Positions 11,541 through 25,111 of a DNA stretch of 64,000 nucleotides are shown here, in pieces. The DNA lies in contig JAMWBK010000005.1 of NCBI GenBank assembly GCA_029953675.1, forward strand, positions 1,178,001 to 1,242,000, in the 5' to 3' direction. The notes under the pieces were generated by a model. That model worked only from the letters and a program-made list of their open reading frames with translations, made no database searches and was not told the origin of the DNA. The translations under genes were made by a program, and so were the position numbers. Within the stretch, counting starts at the first letter, position 1. Every line of letters begins with the position of its first letter. This DNA comes from Rhodosorus marinus CCMP1338 (lineage: Eukaryota > Plantae > Rhodophyta).

Positions 11541-12489
11541 TCAACTTCCTTTCGTAGACTAGGAGCTTGCGACAGTAAGCAGGGCTGTAAGGCGCCATGC
11601 AAGTCCCGGAACGAGCTAACCGTGCTCGAGCTGAACGCGCTTACGAGTGGGACACTTTCTCTAGAAGGCTTCGGGTTGTGGGGAGTTGAACACGAGCGCG
11701 CAGTCTAGAGAGGGGCTGCTTTCTGTGCAAACGAGCATCTGCATTTGCCAAGGCTGAGGTACTGTCTCTTGATTCTTGAAGTTTTCAGTGGGGCTGGTTG
11801 GCGGAGTTGTTTATTCAGTGAAGTGTGTGAATGCAGGTGGGAGACATGGTCGCCACGTCCTCAGACGCGTCGGTGGCTAAAAGTTGGGAAAATAGCCGAC
11901 CCGGTTATGGGAGTGGTGAAGACGTGGAAATCGGCGAGACGAACGAAGCCGAGTTTGTTCCAAGTCGGTTCTGGCAAACCGTGTACGACGAGGTTTGCGC
12001 TCAATTCGATTCATAGCTCTTATCTACAGCTACCCCTAATTTCAATCGCTTCCGGTTGCCCTTGTTTAGGTTATGTGATATTCGCAATATGTATGCCCCA
12101 TTGTTATAGTGAACGGCATCTTGCTGTTGGGGCTCATTCTATGGCACTTTCACCTCCTCTGAGAATGGACTCATCCTGCGACCTGTGACGTTTTCATCTG
12201 AAACCTGAAAGGAGGTTGACAACTGAGGTATTCGTAAACGTAGGAAGCTGAGTTTCAGCTCTTTCTGCTCATATATGCGGCCTTCCATCCGGAGCACACC
12301 ATCCTACCGGCTTTGTTCGGCAAGTCCCCCAGAACACTTCAGTTCATCCCCAAAAATAAATGTATAAGTTTTAATAATTGAAAACGTCAGCGTAGTCAAA
12401 GTAGAGAAGTATTAATCCCCATCTAATCCCCCATTAGAATAAGCGTCTAACCCGTATCCCAGTAAATGTTTCCTATCTTTCAACATTGT

Positions 12490-14300
12490 CTTCACGACAG
12501 TGGCAAGCACCCAAATGTACTTCTCGCTCCCCGAAGGTTTTCCTGATATCTAGCTATTTCCCGCATTTTACAAAGAACTCTCAAAGTCCTCTTAGCTTCC
12601 TCTAATTGTGCCTCTACCTTCTGAGCCTTTCTCACTGCACTTTTCAACTGCTTCATCCTTCTCTTTCCCCCCACTCTCGTCCCCTTCTGTTTGGACTTGA
12701 CGTCCGAAATCAACCTGCCCATGACGACTCCACTCTTCACCCCGCTAGCCGAAAACACCCTTACCCTTTCATCCAACTTCGATTCATCCCAACCCTTTGT
12801 GCTCGCCCTTCCCCGCCATCATACATCTGCTTATCCGCTCTAGCCATCTGCGATGACATCACCATCAGCTTCACAATTTCTTTTGATGCTCTCAAGTTCC
12901 GCTCTCCAATCCAATATTTCTCATACCCCTTGAAATCCAGTAACATATAAAATTAAGAAATTTATGAGGGGGTAGCCAGAAATAATGATATATTCCAACC
13001 CCCCCCTTATGTTGCTCCATTCTTTCGAGGATTTTCTTAGGGGGGGGGGTGTCCTCGGGAAAGGAAGTCGAAAATTTAACCCCATTAGGGAATATCCTCA
13101 AACTGGAGTCAATATGGGCACACATTTCAAAAACGCTCAAAAAAATCCATGCCATATAGTTCTCTCATGGAGGAATCCGGGAGCGCCGCCTCTGAGGAAC
13201 TTGTTCTCCCGTGATGGGATCAAACCACTAGCTTTGGACTGAGCGGCATCACGACAAATCCAATCGAGATAAGCCACATAATTTAAAGAACCAATAATAC
13301 ATCAATAAGATATTCATATGATATTGATTGGCTACGGATTTCAACAGAAAGGGCAACCACCAGATGCTTTAACACCGGAAATCTCTTCAGCAGAGGCGGA
13401 AATGTCCCATCTTGAAGCATCTGCCCATGATTACCTCAAATTGGGCATGATTGGACTAGGATACTGTTTTTTGGGTAAATTTCTTTTTTGAGGATTCTGA
13501 GGAAAAAACCGAGCACAATACCCCCCTTAAGACAATTTTGCCGGGTTTCCTTTACCTATGGAAATCATCCATGAAAGCACGCTTTGACCTAACTTGGATA
13601 AAACAGTCCGCTGAGCAGTTGTATCTCCGGAATAACGAACGAGGGTATTCCATTTCAGGCATTTTTCGAGCAGATTCCACGCCAAGTACCAACATAGTTA
13701 TGTACTTTGAATGTTTTTGAGGAACTAGAGTGAGTACGATCTGCTGGACCCCCCCAAGAAACTTGATGGGCGTTTCTTAAACCTAGCAAAAATCTCCACA
13801 CCACGAGGCCAATTGAAAGGCTGAAGAACCCGGTGAGCTTGAGAGTCAGGGTTTGCAGAGGGAGGGTGGCAGGATATGTGAAAAGAGAACTCCACCTCCG
13901 ATGTGAAATAATTTTTTTCTTTAGATAATCGATTCTCGTCGATGAGTTTCTGTTTTTTTTTCCATCATTACCGGAAGGAAAATATTTTTATCGAGCAAAT
14001 ATGGTGCGAATTAACCTATAGTAGCGAATCGAGCGCAGTAGTGGCCTGAGATTCTCCAGTATCCAGATGCTTAAACGAGCTTCCACGTATTCCTCAATAA
14101 AGGTGGAATTTTGCCTTACGCCCGTATTTTTTTGGGCACTTGAAGATGGCGCTTTGTACGTACTTTTTTGGCTTCCGTAAATCTGTGATAGGTCGGCCAA
14201 GTTAAATAGACGTCCTTCACAATATTCTGTACTGGTTTACTCGTACCGTGCGAACTATCAGTCCCGTTCGTCTCACTAAGACGCATATTTTTGCACTGGA
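12490..14300 (-). pseudogene. Possible decayed DNA transposase (hAT- or Harbinger-like)
   Basis: Broken AT-rich frames with LLKRFPVLKHLVVALSV (about 13335-13385) and DVYLTWPT. The motif evidence is weak and the superfamily ambiguous. Confidence 0.25.
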
Positions 14301-14699
14301 CATTCGTCTTTTTACTAATGATTATGGTTCGGATCAAATTGGGCAATATTCCATACATTGGGAACGGTATCAGATCTATAAATAGATACTTGCTTCTTTG
14401 ATTTAGAAAATACAACTGACTGTGAAAGAAACCGCTGTTAGTAGGACAAAATCTCTATTAATTTGTCTCTGCTTAAAAAGGCGTAGATTATGGGGCAGCT
14501 GGTCCGTTGCAGTTGCAATGGTACTCCAACTTTGCTTTTGAATATTGTGACTCAGTAGCATTGTTTACGTTGACTTTCGCACTGTGAACTGTGACAGGCT
14601 TTCCGGAACATCGACACAGCATCTGCAGAGACTATCGCGCTGGTTTCGCAAGGTTTCTCAAAAAAGAGTATCGCAAGCCGGATACCTACCATGCTAAGG

Positions 14700-15590
14700 T
14701 AAGGTATCCAGCCGCATGATCTGGGCGGTGCCCTTCACGCGAAAGATATTGCGTTTCCTCCCGAAGACTGCCTGATGAGGAGACTGATGATTTAGATGCA
14801 CATATTGAAACGGCACGCTTGGGCAAGATCCAAACGGGAAGGAAGTACGCTGCGCTCCTACCTTATCGTAGCACACTCGGTAAACCACACTTATGTGACT
14901 CCGGATGCCACCCAAAACCTTCCATGACGTTCATCATCGACACCCAAGCCCCAGCCCCAACTCTCCAGCAAGCACAGGCAAACCGAAAACGGCAAACGCA
15001 TATCACTCAATCAGCAAAAAACAGCAGCCGTGAATCCAATACATATCGAGCGTGAATTTGTCAGAACCACTGCCCAAAACTAAAAAAGCACCCCAAGAAC
15101 ACACTCGCAAACCCACTCTCGGATTCGATCCATTACTTCCTTCTTCACGTTCTACAATCCCAATCAATTCTCGTGACCACGCGAGCTGCTTCGTGGATGG
15201 CCACGCGCAGGCGCGGTACCGACCCGCGATCTGCAACCTCGGTACGCTCTGGTTTACCGGAGAACCAAGCCGGGGTGGGTTCCTACGAGAGGGAAAGCGG
15301 AGTATGGACTGGGTGACTGCTAACCAGTAAATACTAGCTACTAAAACTGGCACTCTAAACTATGAAGTGCAACCCAAGAGTTGCCTCTCCACAGCGTGCT
15401 ATTCATCGCCACGAGAACTCCGCTCAGGGCGGCAGGGTTAAAAAGAGTCTAGATGCCTGGTGAGCCGACGAAAGTCTGCCATTGCAATTACTACAGGTCG
15501 TCCGTTTGTTTCGAAGGCCATCGGGATAAAGTCCCCTGGGACTTCAACCGCGGCGCAGTTCTCGCTGGCGATTTAGCGCTCCACTAGAGA
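14700..15590 (-). mobile_element. Old RLE non-LTR retrotransposon 3' relic
   Basis: About 15480-15580 translates to GDFIPMAFETNGR, an RLE-end motif, and is nucleotide-similar to about 43285-43350 (LVPMAFEAYGR). The upstream boundary is approximate. Confidence 0.6.
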
Positions 15591-16292
15591 CAAGGTCTCT
15601 TAAGCTCATCATTATGTACGTCCTTTCAGGCTACCCTCGGGCGTGAAAGGACTCGGACTGGCTAGACTTCAGTAAGATTTTTCGTACCCTAAACGCAAAA
15701 ACCATTCAATCAATTAAGACATGAGTTCGTATCAAATCGATTGACTGCTGACGATTGAAAACGCCCTCCCGAGGCGTGAGTGTGCAAAAGAATTGGGACA
15801 ACGACGGTACCGGTTTGGAGTCACGATGAGATAGAATAGAGTCTGTTCGGAAAGAAGGAGAACATTCTGTGTTGACTGTGGAAAAGTCTAGCATTTGGAG
15901 TTCCGTCGTTCTGAGGGTGAATCGTCGTTCTGAGGGTGAATGAGTGAGATAAGGTTCAAGCATTGTGTTGTTGGTTTGAACAACCTGTACAGGTTTTAGA
16001 GCAGATTTTTTTTTTTCGTGCACCCTTTTTGTTTCTGGCGTTGGCGGTTGGGGAGCTGTTTTTGCTTTTTGGTTGGGCCGTCGGATCTGGAGCTGAGGAG
16101 AAGCTTTTGAAAACTCTCCGTGAAATTTTTCCCTTTCTCCGGTATGTTGGGCGTGTCCGTGGATGTTCTTAATTTGCTTTCTTCGTACGCTTTTCGCGTT
16201 TTTTGAATGGAGTCGCTGAACCTTTGCTAGGATATTCGCTTTTCGTTTGAATCAGAGTTTGAGCCGTGGTGCTCCTTGGGCAGGCAGATCGA

Positions 16293-18445
16293 ATGGGGGA
16301 AAACTCCTCCTTTCTCAGCAAGGCCGACGCTTTTAAAGCATCTGCGAACAAGGCCTTTTCAGAGAGACATTACATCAATGCGGAGGCCTCTTACACCAGC
16401 GCTGTAGAAACATTGGAAGGTGAGGGAGCATTTCCTACGTTCAAGGGATCCTAAAGAACCCAGCGGGTTTCTCGACACTCACGCAGCCTTTTTTGTGCCC
16501 TTGTCGGGGACCAATTCCAGCCGGAGACCTTGAAGATGATGAGATCAAGAAAGCACTTGCTATCAATCTATCGAACAGGTCGTTCACTAGGTACGCCTAA
16601 TCACATCATTGAGCAGGGGAAGCCCTGCGCCCGTCATGGACGGAAGGGTTGATCTACGAATTAACTGGTTACCTTGATCGACGATGACGCAGGCTGAAGC
16701 TAGAGGAATACGGATGGGCAATTGAGGATGCGACAAGGTCTATTAATATTAACCCGAGCTACGTAAAAGCTTACTACCGCCGCGGGAGCGCGAAGTTGTC
16801 ACTCGGAAAGAACAAGGAAGCACTTCAAGACTTTCGATATGTCGCAAAAATACATCCCAACGACAAAGATGCCCGGTTGAAACTGAAGGTGTGAAAATGA
16901 GTCGGCTCACAGTCTGAATTTTCTAAGCAGTTCTGTCTAAACGCTTTCCCTGGGCAAATTGCTGGGTAGGAATGCGAAAAAATCGTAAAACAGGAGGCAT
17001 TTGCACTAGCGATTCAGGCGGATGAACCGAAGTCTATTTTGGACACCCTTGACCTGGAGGCGATGGTGGTTGAAGACACCTACACGGGGCCACGATACCC
17101 GGAAGGTGAGCAACTACTTCCAGCTCTGTTCTCTGTAAATTCGACGCTGCCGCAGAATTCATCAGAACAAGTCCAATAATAACGTTCCATCCCCTCGCAT
17201 GATTCAGATGGAGTTTTCACGAAAGGGCACGTGGAAGAGCTAATTGAGCACCTTAGGAACCAAAAGCCCGTTCATAAGAAGTATGCATTCAGGCTTTTGA
17301 TCGCGGCGAAGAAGGTTTTCGAAGCCATGGAGAACATTGTCACATTACCAGTTGGCAGTGGCTCTATCATTACTGTTTGCGGAGATACACATGGGCAGTA
17401 TTATGACCTCTTGAATATATTCAAACTGAACGGAATGCCGTCGAGTGAAAATCCATATCTGTTCAACGGTGATTTTGTTGATCGTGGCTCGTTCAGCGTA
17501 GAGGTGATTCTCACGCTTCTTGCCCTGAAGGTATCGTTGGACCTTGCGGCCTTAATGTTATGGATTTTTCTGCTCAAGTTTACGCGACCGAAGGCTGAAC
17601 ATTTGGACTGTTCTGTCCACACTCAGATCCACGATCCGAACTGCATGCATTTAACTAGAGGCAATCACGAAAGTGAGAGTATGAACAAAATATACGGTTT
17701 TGAAGGGGAAGTCAAGGCCAAGCATGGCGAGAGACTCTTCAAATCATTCTCAGAGCTGTTTAGAACGATGCCTCTTGCCTATATACTGGATGGCACACCT
17801 GTGAGGTACGTTCCTTTCTTCTGAAAGTAGCGAAGGTAGCCGAACCATCTACTAAAGGTCCTCTGCTTTCTTCTCGGGTGCGGTTTAGCGGTGGTAAGCG
17901 GGCGCTTGTCCTCCACGGAGGCTTGTTCAGCAGGGATGGCGTGATGCTAGAGGACCTTCAAAAGCTTGACAGGTTTAGGGAGCCTGATACAGGGCTCATG
18001 GCGGAAATGCTGTGGAGCGATCCCCGCAAGGAGAACGGCTGGGGTACTTCGAAGCGAGGAATAGGTGCTTCGTTTGGTCCCGACGTCACAAAGAGATTTT
18101 TGGATGCTAATAATCTAGAGCTTGTGGTCAGAAGTCACGAGCTCAAGGACGAAGGGTAAACATCGCCCACTCTGTGCCTTTCTATTCCACTCTGCAATTT
18201 CGTGAGCTCACAATTCTGCCCCCCTGTAATTGCTGTGCGTGAGCAGGTACGAGATCGAGGCGGATGGGCGGCTCATTACTGTATTCTCTGCACCAAACTA
18301 TTGTGACCAGATGGGAAATAGTGGCGCATACATTCGGTTCAAGTCGGATATGAAACCGAACATCTCACAATTCAAAGCGGTTCCACATCCTGACGTTAAG
18401 CCCATGGCATACGTTGCCAATGCAGGCCTCATGGGTCTCGGCTAG
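16293..18445 (+). CDS. PP5: Ser/Thr protein phosphatase 5 (TPR + PPP catalytic domain), multi-exon
   Basis: TPR segments (LSNRSFTRLKLEEYGWAIEDA, KAYYRRGSA) and PPP motifs GDTHGQ, GDFVDRG, RGNHE, WSDP, RSHE, FSAPNYCDQMGN. GT-AG introns restore the frame. Confidence 0.96.
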
Positions 18446-19069
18446 CTAGGACAAAGAATAAAAAAAAAGGTCGAAAGTCGATGACGCCTATCTGTAAGGA
18501 TTTTTTGAAGAAGTATGCTGATTCGCTAGCGCGAGCTATACGGTCGATAGAGTGTTCTGCGAACGCCATACGTAGACCGGGATACCCCTGATGTGTGTGA
18601 GACGCAGGATGCATCTCTGCTCAAGAACGAATCATAAACCTCGCACGAGGTTGATTTCGTAAGCCCGAAACGGTTTGAGGAGTGCTCATCGCTATAGGAC
18701 AATGTCAGAAGCCACGCAGAGAGGTTGATTTTTGCATGCCAGAAGCAAAACTTTCCACAGTGAATACTTCTTCAAGAGCTCGCCATTAGGTGTGCCGGGT
18801 TTTCTCGCGTGCACAGAGAATTCAGAGAAGGGCCGAAACAGTCAGCAGGAAACTTCGCCATCTGGTTCCCCGCCCACACACAACTGCCAGGTTGCCAGGC
18901 GGATACGAAAGCGGCTTTTCCAGAACGACCGAAGCTTGGGAAGGCTTAAAAGTTGTTCTGACCATCAAACCTCGGTCGGCACGGCGGTTGCGACGGTCAA
19001 AACTCAGTTGTTTCAACGTTGCGGAGTTGATCAGGTGCGTGGCCTCACGCGTCTTCTAGGACTCCAACG

Positions 19070-19889
19070 ATGGAACCAGAGGACAACACAGATTACAAGA
19101 AGAAGGAATATTGGGACGATCGTTTCGACTCTGAGAAACACTACGATTGGCTGTAAGGAAATCATAGAAACTCAGCAGATGAGAACCCGGGTAGCGAGAA
19201 GCGTTCTAACTCTATGCACTGACTGTACAACTCCAGGGTTTCGTTTCCTGATGTTGAAAAGACAATCAGGATGTACGTCAAGCCTAATGATCGGATCCTT
19301 GTAGTGGGCTGTGGCAATTCGGAATTGTCTTTTCAGCTGTATGAAGCGGGCTTTCGGAGCATCACATCCATAGACTACAGCGACGTAGTCATATCGAAGA
19401 TGCAAAAACAGTACAAGGAGACCCCAGAACTCACCTGGACTGTCGCCGATGTGCGCGAGCTGAGTGAAAATTTTGATACTGGAAGCTTTGATGTTGTGAT
19501 TGACAAGGCTACTATGGACGCCCTAGTTGTAGACCAAGGCAGCTCTTGGAATCCATCACAGGCAGCGATTGATGATGTCTTCAAGATGTGCAAGGAGGTA
19601 ACTTTTTTGTCTTTTTTTCCGGACGTCCTGAGGTTTCAACCACAGCTTCCTCCTCTGATTCTGTACTGCTTCTGGCGTTCCATCGATCCAGATGATTTTC
19701 GTTCTTAGACCGGGAGGGATGTTCATCCAGATAACCTTTCAAGAGTTGCTTTTCCGAAGAAGATATCTTGAAGGATATCACATCTCCGCCACGGAGCAGA
19801 GCAGAGCTTTGCAATGGAAATTGAAAGAGAGTCACCGTGTCCATGTTGGACTAGGGTACCAGTTTATTGTAATGCAGACCATGATGTGA
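19070..19889 (+). CDS. EEF1AKMT4: EEF1A lysine methyltransferase 4 (ECE2-MT)-like; 3 exons
   Basis: DYKKKEYWDDRF..YDWL, ILVVGCGNS, IDYS, FDVVIDKATMDAL and VLRPGGMFIQITF. Confidence 0.85.
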
Positions 19890-20006
19890 TCTATTCTCGT
19901 CCTGTGCTCTTTAAGCACATCGAATGCGCATGCAGATTCCACCTTTGCAGAGGGACGAAGTGGGGTCCGGTTTTCGCGGTGGCACTTTATCTTACTGGTC
20001 AGAATA

Positions 20007-20036
20007 CAGCAGCAGCAACAACAACAACAACAACAA
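20007..20036. repeat. (CAG)3(CAA)7 microsatellite
   Basis: Read directly. Confidence 0.9.
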
Positions 20037-20444
20037 TAGGCGATTCAGCATCGAGCTTCCTCGTTCAACAACCGACGCACATTGTGCCCGGCGAAAGCAA
20101 CCAGGACTAGCTCGCGACATCCCTGATGACGTATTTTCGGACTGGGTTGAGACCTGCATCCTGCGCTAAGTTTAATGCTGGTGGTGCTATCTATGCTGGA
20201 GCTTAAAGAGACGATTGAAGTGCACTTCGGTTGGGACTGAACATGCCATACCCTATTTCGAAAACCGAATCTCTACTTAAAAGAATGCCGCGGCTGAAAC
20301 ATGATCCGTCGGAGCTTCCAACTGAGGAAAACGACGAGTTGATCTGAAGTGTCAGTAAATAAGCAGCCCAAAGCGATAGCTGTTTTAAAACCCGGCCAGT
20401 TAATAACTTTGAGACAGTCAAGGGTCCTCCATGCCTGTCTCGGA

Positions 20445-20579
20445 AGCTTTTTGCTGAGCTACTCGGAGATGTCCTTGACCGTTCGGCGTTCCAACGCTGC
20501 TTTATTGTTGGACGCGGGTCATCAGCGTCTCGTTTCTCGCTTCTCAGGGTAGTTAGGCTCAGAATAAACCGATGATGAC
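20445..20579 (+). mobile_element. Solo 3'-terminal fragment of the CRE-type element (family B)
   Basis: Encodes ..RRSNAALLLDAGHQRLVSRFSG*, followed by ttaggctcagAATAAAccgatgatga. Matches the island 3' ends, for example 41166-41340 on the reverse strand. Confidence 0.9.
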
Positions 20580-21085
20580 TTGGAGTTGGCAGGACTCTCA
20601 ATCTTCCTCTGACAATCACACTGGACTCGTCAGTTCGATCACTTCATAAACACCGAAGATGCCCACCAAGAAAAAGGCCCCACAAGCCTATTCGATTCAA
20701 TCGACCCCCCTTATAAGTTGCTCTAACCCACATACAAGTCCATAAATTAAAAATCATACAAACTATTCAACCTTTTTCCACGCAATTTTGCAACCCCGTT
20801 CCCGGCCCAATAATCAGTTCCAGCGTTCCTTTTTCTAGATCTCATCTCCAATTTCAAGAGCAAATTCAAAAAACCAAAACCATATTTTGAAAGAAATTAA
20901 GCACGAAGCCGCTAAAATTTAATACTATACCTTTCTCCGTAGTCTAGAAATTGTTGAATTCTTTTTTTTTGTGACCAACTTAAGGTGATTTTGAGTGATA
21001 ATTGAAAATTCCCTTCGTATTCTCAAGATTGACTAAGAAAGCTCGAATTTGGGCTTTTTGTGATTGCATAGAGAGTGACAGACAG

Positions 21086-21128
21086 AGAGAAAGTGTGTCA
21101 AGAGAAAGTGTGTCAAGAGAAAGTGTGT
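21086..21128. repeat. 15 bp tandem repeat AGAGAAAGTGTGTCA, about 2.9 copies
   Basis: Read directly. Confidence 0.95.
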
Positions 21129-21790
21129 ATGACATGGGGAAGAAGAGAGGGTACTAGTAGATGGAGATATGTGTGAGGGAAGTGAGAGGGGGAAGAGGGA
21201 GAGGGAGGTGAGGGTTTCTTGAGGCGTCATTTAAATTGGTTTGGGGTTCTCACGGTGGTTGTTTGAATGGTGTGACTTTGGGGTTCTAGCCTGTTTTTTT
21301 CATGAGATGCGAGAGAGTGAGGTGGTGAAGGGGAGAGAGAAACAGAGGGGGGGAATTGCGCAGAGACGACGGACGACGCAATTCGAAAGGTTTTGAGATT
21401 TTCTTTTTTGGGTTTTGGGGGTTGGGTGTATGTGTTTTTGAATTCAGAAAAGCCACGTTTTGAAAAGGTCATCTGACGACGTTGGATCTAAGTTGTTGCG
21501 CTTTTTTCTCTCAGGGTGGGGAGGACGGAGGATCCTTTTGGGTAATTGGATCGGCTCTTTTGTTTTCTATTGGTTTTTGTTTGGGTTTCGCAAAGTTTTA
21601 GCCGTTGTGCGCAGGGGGGAACTTTTTCGGAGTTGAAGAACGGATCCGAAAGGTTTTACTAGGAGAGGTTCGCGCTTTTTCTTCTGGGTTGGGAACGGAG
21701 TGGGTTTGTGGGCTTGTGGTTTTTGTGTTTGGAGTGGAGTGAGGCTTGTGGGGGATTGGACGGGTTTTGGTTCCTCGTTGAGTGAGGGTT

Positions 21791-22408
21791 ATGCAGGGGG
21801 ACAATGGGGGAGCTGCTTCGGATCCGAGGTTGAAGGCTTGGTTTGATTCCGTTGACTTAGACAAGAGCAATTCTATCGATGTTAAGGAATTGCACAGGGC
21901 GTTGGGTCTTGCGGGGCTTGAATTTGGGATGAACACTTGCGCTCTGTTAATACGTATGCACGATACAGATAGAAATGGGACGATTAACTTTGACGAATTT
22001 CAGAGGATGCACAATTTCATAATGAGCGTGAGGGTGGGTATTCGCCGGCCGGTCTTGCCAGGCTCTGCCCAGGTGATATTGGACTAAGCTTGTGTATTTT
22101 TTTTTAAATCCGGTGCCTAGGCGTCCTTTGTCCAGTTTGACAGGGACCGAAACGGATTCTTGGATCGAGAGGAACTGATACAGGCCCTGCAGCTGAACAG
22201 GGTATACCTGGATAGACAAGCATTTGATGCGGTTTTCGAATCGTTCGATATCTACAAGAGAAACACGTTGAGCCTTTCCGACTACATCGCAATGGCTGCC
22301 TTTCTGACCTGCTCTCGAAACATGTTCTCACGGTTCGACCCCTACAAGACGGGGGCTGCAACATTTAACTTCAGCACGTTCTGCTTTGCCATGAGCTATC
22401 TTCGTTAG
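21791..22408 (+). CDS. Penta-EF-hand protein with short N-terminus (ALG-2-like); intron 22034-22120
   Basis: EF loops DLDKSNSIDVKE, DTDRNGTINFDE and DRDRNGFLDREE, plus degenerate EF4/EF5. Confidence 0.9.
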
Positions 22409-24295
22409 GGTAACTTCAACGCGTATGGCACGAGTCACTTTAGAAGGTCATGGTTTTTGAATGCAAATATATTATACTCTTAATAGAATTTTGTGCCATC
22501 TTACTGCTCAAGACTTGTCGTCTAGCGGTTTTCACTTCCTGTAGTTGAGTATGTGGTGGAGGTGTTCGGCGTTTGCAACGAAGTACCCAGTTTCGCCCGG
22601 AAACCAATCCTGATGTGTAGCCCGGTGAAACCTCAACGCAGTACTAGCACTGGCTTTAAGCAAAGAGAGTCGACACTCAGAATCAAAACTCCGGTCCGCT
22701 TTTTACAAAGCTCTCTCAAGATTGAACGTTTGAGAAGTTTCCTCATCGTGAGGAGGCAGAAAAATCCGCTTCAGGAACTTCCAAAAAGCGTACGCCAGAA
22801 ATCGCTTTGATTCAGCATGATCATGTCCGAAATGAGTTAACGCTACCCAATAGAGAGCCATCTTGACGAACAGCTCAGAAACTCAACCTCATTGAGCACA
22901 GAATAGACCAAAAACAGGAATAGTTCAGTATTCCATTAAAACTCTGGCTACGCCTCAATTTCCGGTAATCCGCATCGATTTAAATTCAAATTCGAAGTCC
23001 AACAGTGCAGTTATTAAAACATTCAAGCAATTATAAGCAATTCAAAGTGTGGTGGTGTGCTGTGGATCCTGTCGAAGTCATTCCACATGGATCAAACTGC
23101 TTGATCACGAAGGCAAGCAAAGATGATTCTTACAGCCTGACACATCATTGGCGTACGTTCCCGCTCGGGTGCGGGGCGCTGAATGAACAAGCGCTTTCAC
23201 AACGCGACGGGAGGTGGAACTCAGTCTAGGGCTAGTTAGAGGACGGAAATAACCATGCTTCATTCTCTCTGAATGCCAAACCAGCTCAGCTAATGAAGAA
23301 AATCCTCCAAGCTCTGAATGCCTCATCCCCTTTCTGAGCCTCCACACGCCGCCCTCGCTTGAGGAAGAAGCTCCCGAACACACCCGCACACAGAGATGGA
23401 ACGACAGTGATTGCTATAAAACCCGTCCCCTAAAAGTCAGTTCATCTATTCTAAAAACTTCTACACATGACTAAAATAAAAAAGGCAAAATTCCAACCGC
23501 TCCTGAATCATTAAAAATCAGCACGGAACTAAAGGGACTTATAAAAACCCACCGCCCTTTTCGAATCACCCCTCCGAATTTTCTTGAAAATAAGAAAACG
23601 AAAAACTCAAAATAGGGGCTCAAATGCCAAATGCTCTAGTTTTGATCTATTTCGGAATTCCCTCTTCCAGTTTGCTAAAAAAAGCTCACAAATCAAACAC
23701 AAAATGAGTCAGGATAGTTTTGCTCTGAATAAACGGATCTAGATGGAGGTCCGTTTCTGCTTGCCAATGAAGCATCCCATGAGGAGGTGGTCTACCTCCC
23801 TCCTGGTTATCAAAATGTGTTTGGCATGAGGAAACAAATAGGGTTGCTTGGATGTGTGGAGGGGTTGGTATGGGGGTCAGAGTGCGGAGGGGTGGGTTGG
23901 ATAAAGGTTGTGGCAGAAGCTTGCTAGGTTTTTGGGGGGATTATTCGTTTTTGGTATTTGTTCTGTTTTTAAGTGTGCTTGTTTTCTAGCGGTTTTTTTT
24001 GTTTTGTTTCATCTTCAGGTTTATTCAGAGCGTTTTGTTTTGTGTTGTTGTTGGTTGGTGTTGAAGCGGACTGAGGTCGGCTCTTTTAAGCGGGGGACTT
24101 GTGTGGAGGGCGTGGTGCGTGGTGGAGCAAGGTTTCTCTTGTGAATCTTTGCGTGCTCGTCAGGTAGCCCGCAGGCTGTGCGTGGAGAGCGGGGTCGGGA
24201 TTTTTTGTTTTTGTTTTTGTCTGTTTCGCGCCTGGTGCACGGAGGTGAAGGTTGTGGAACGAGGAGACTTTTTGTGTTTTAGTCGTGAGGAAAAT

Positions 24296-25111
24296 ATGCA
24301 AGGGGGAAGTAACAACCATGGATATGGTGGTGGTGGGGGCTATCCTCCTCCTGGAGGAGCTCCCGGTGGTCAGCCACATCCTCCTGCCAGTTCTTACCAA
24401 AGCGCTTATCCTCCAGCTGCTCCTGGGGGACCAGCGTATCCACCTCCCCCGCAGCAAGGAGGTTATCCTCAACAGGGTGGACCACCGCCCGATTCTCAGC
24501 GTGAAAAGTTTTACCAGTGGTTTGGGCCACATCCTCAGGACGCAGCGGGCCTGAGTAAGGTAGTTCAGAAGCTGGGTTTGGCGCTCCCTGTTTCCGTATG
24601 TGGGCTCCTTCTGAGAATGCACGACTTCGATAGAACTGGGACGATAAACTTCAATGAGTTTATGAGCGTGCATCAGTTCATCCTGAGCGTTCGGGTAAGC
24701 TATTGATCAAACTAAAGTTCTCACCGACTTCGGGATTCCTTCGAGCCCACTTGGGTGAGGCCCTTGCGAGAAGTAGCTGAGAACACAACCTAACATCCGT
24801 GTCATGGTTTTTTGCGTTCGTAGGACTCCTTCGTTTCGGTTGACACAGACGCAAATGGTGTCCTCACTCTACCGGAATTGCAACAGGCTCTCGGTATCAA
24901 CGGTTTCAGTCTGGACAACGTGGCTCTTGGAACGCTGATGGAGTCCTTCGACCCTGAGAGGAAAGGGCACCTTGACTTACCTGCATTCGTTGGACTCGCG
25001 GCCTTCTTATCCAGTGCTCGGGGATTGTTTAATCAAATGGACCCGCATAAGCAGGGGCAGATCACCGTGAACTTTAACCAGTTCTGCTGGCTTGTTGGGC
25101 ACCTGAGATAA
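24296..25111 (+). CDS. Penta-EF-hand protein with Gly/Pro/Tyr-rich N-terminus (peflin-like); intron 24695-24823
   Basis: GYPPPGG-type N-terminus, EF loops DFDRTGTINFNE and DTDANGVLTLPE, and the same intron position as the paralog at 21791. Confidence 0.9.

Noticed and set aside
11745-12010. C5 DNA-methyltransferase-like motifs (ILEVFSGAG..GKPCT) next to the YR relic
   Set aside because: They lie antisense to the presumed element, the spacing and later motifs (ENV, R-x-R) are missing, and chance similarity is likely. An HMM search with DNA_methylase would settle it.
18732-19304. 190 aa ORF overlapping the EEF1AKMT4 start
   Set aside because: Different frame from the motif-bearing exons, and no recognisable features.
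23005-23229. Tc1/mariner-like fragment (VWWCAV..SQRDG)
   Set aside because: Too short and degenerate, with no DDE spacing or TIRs seen.
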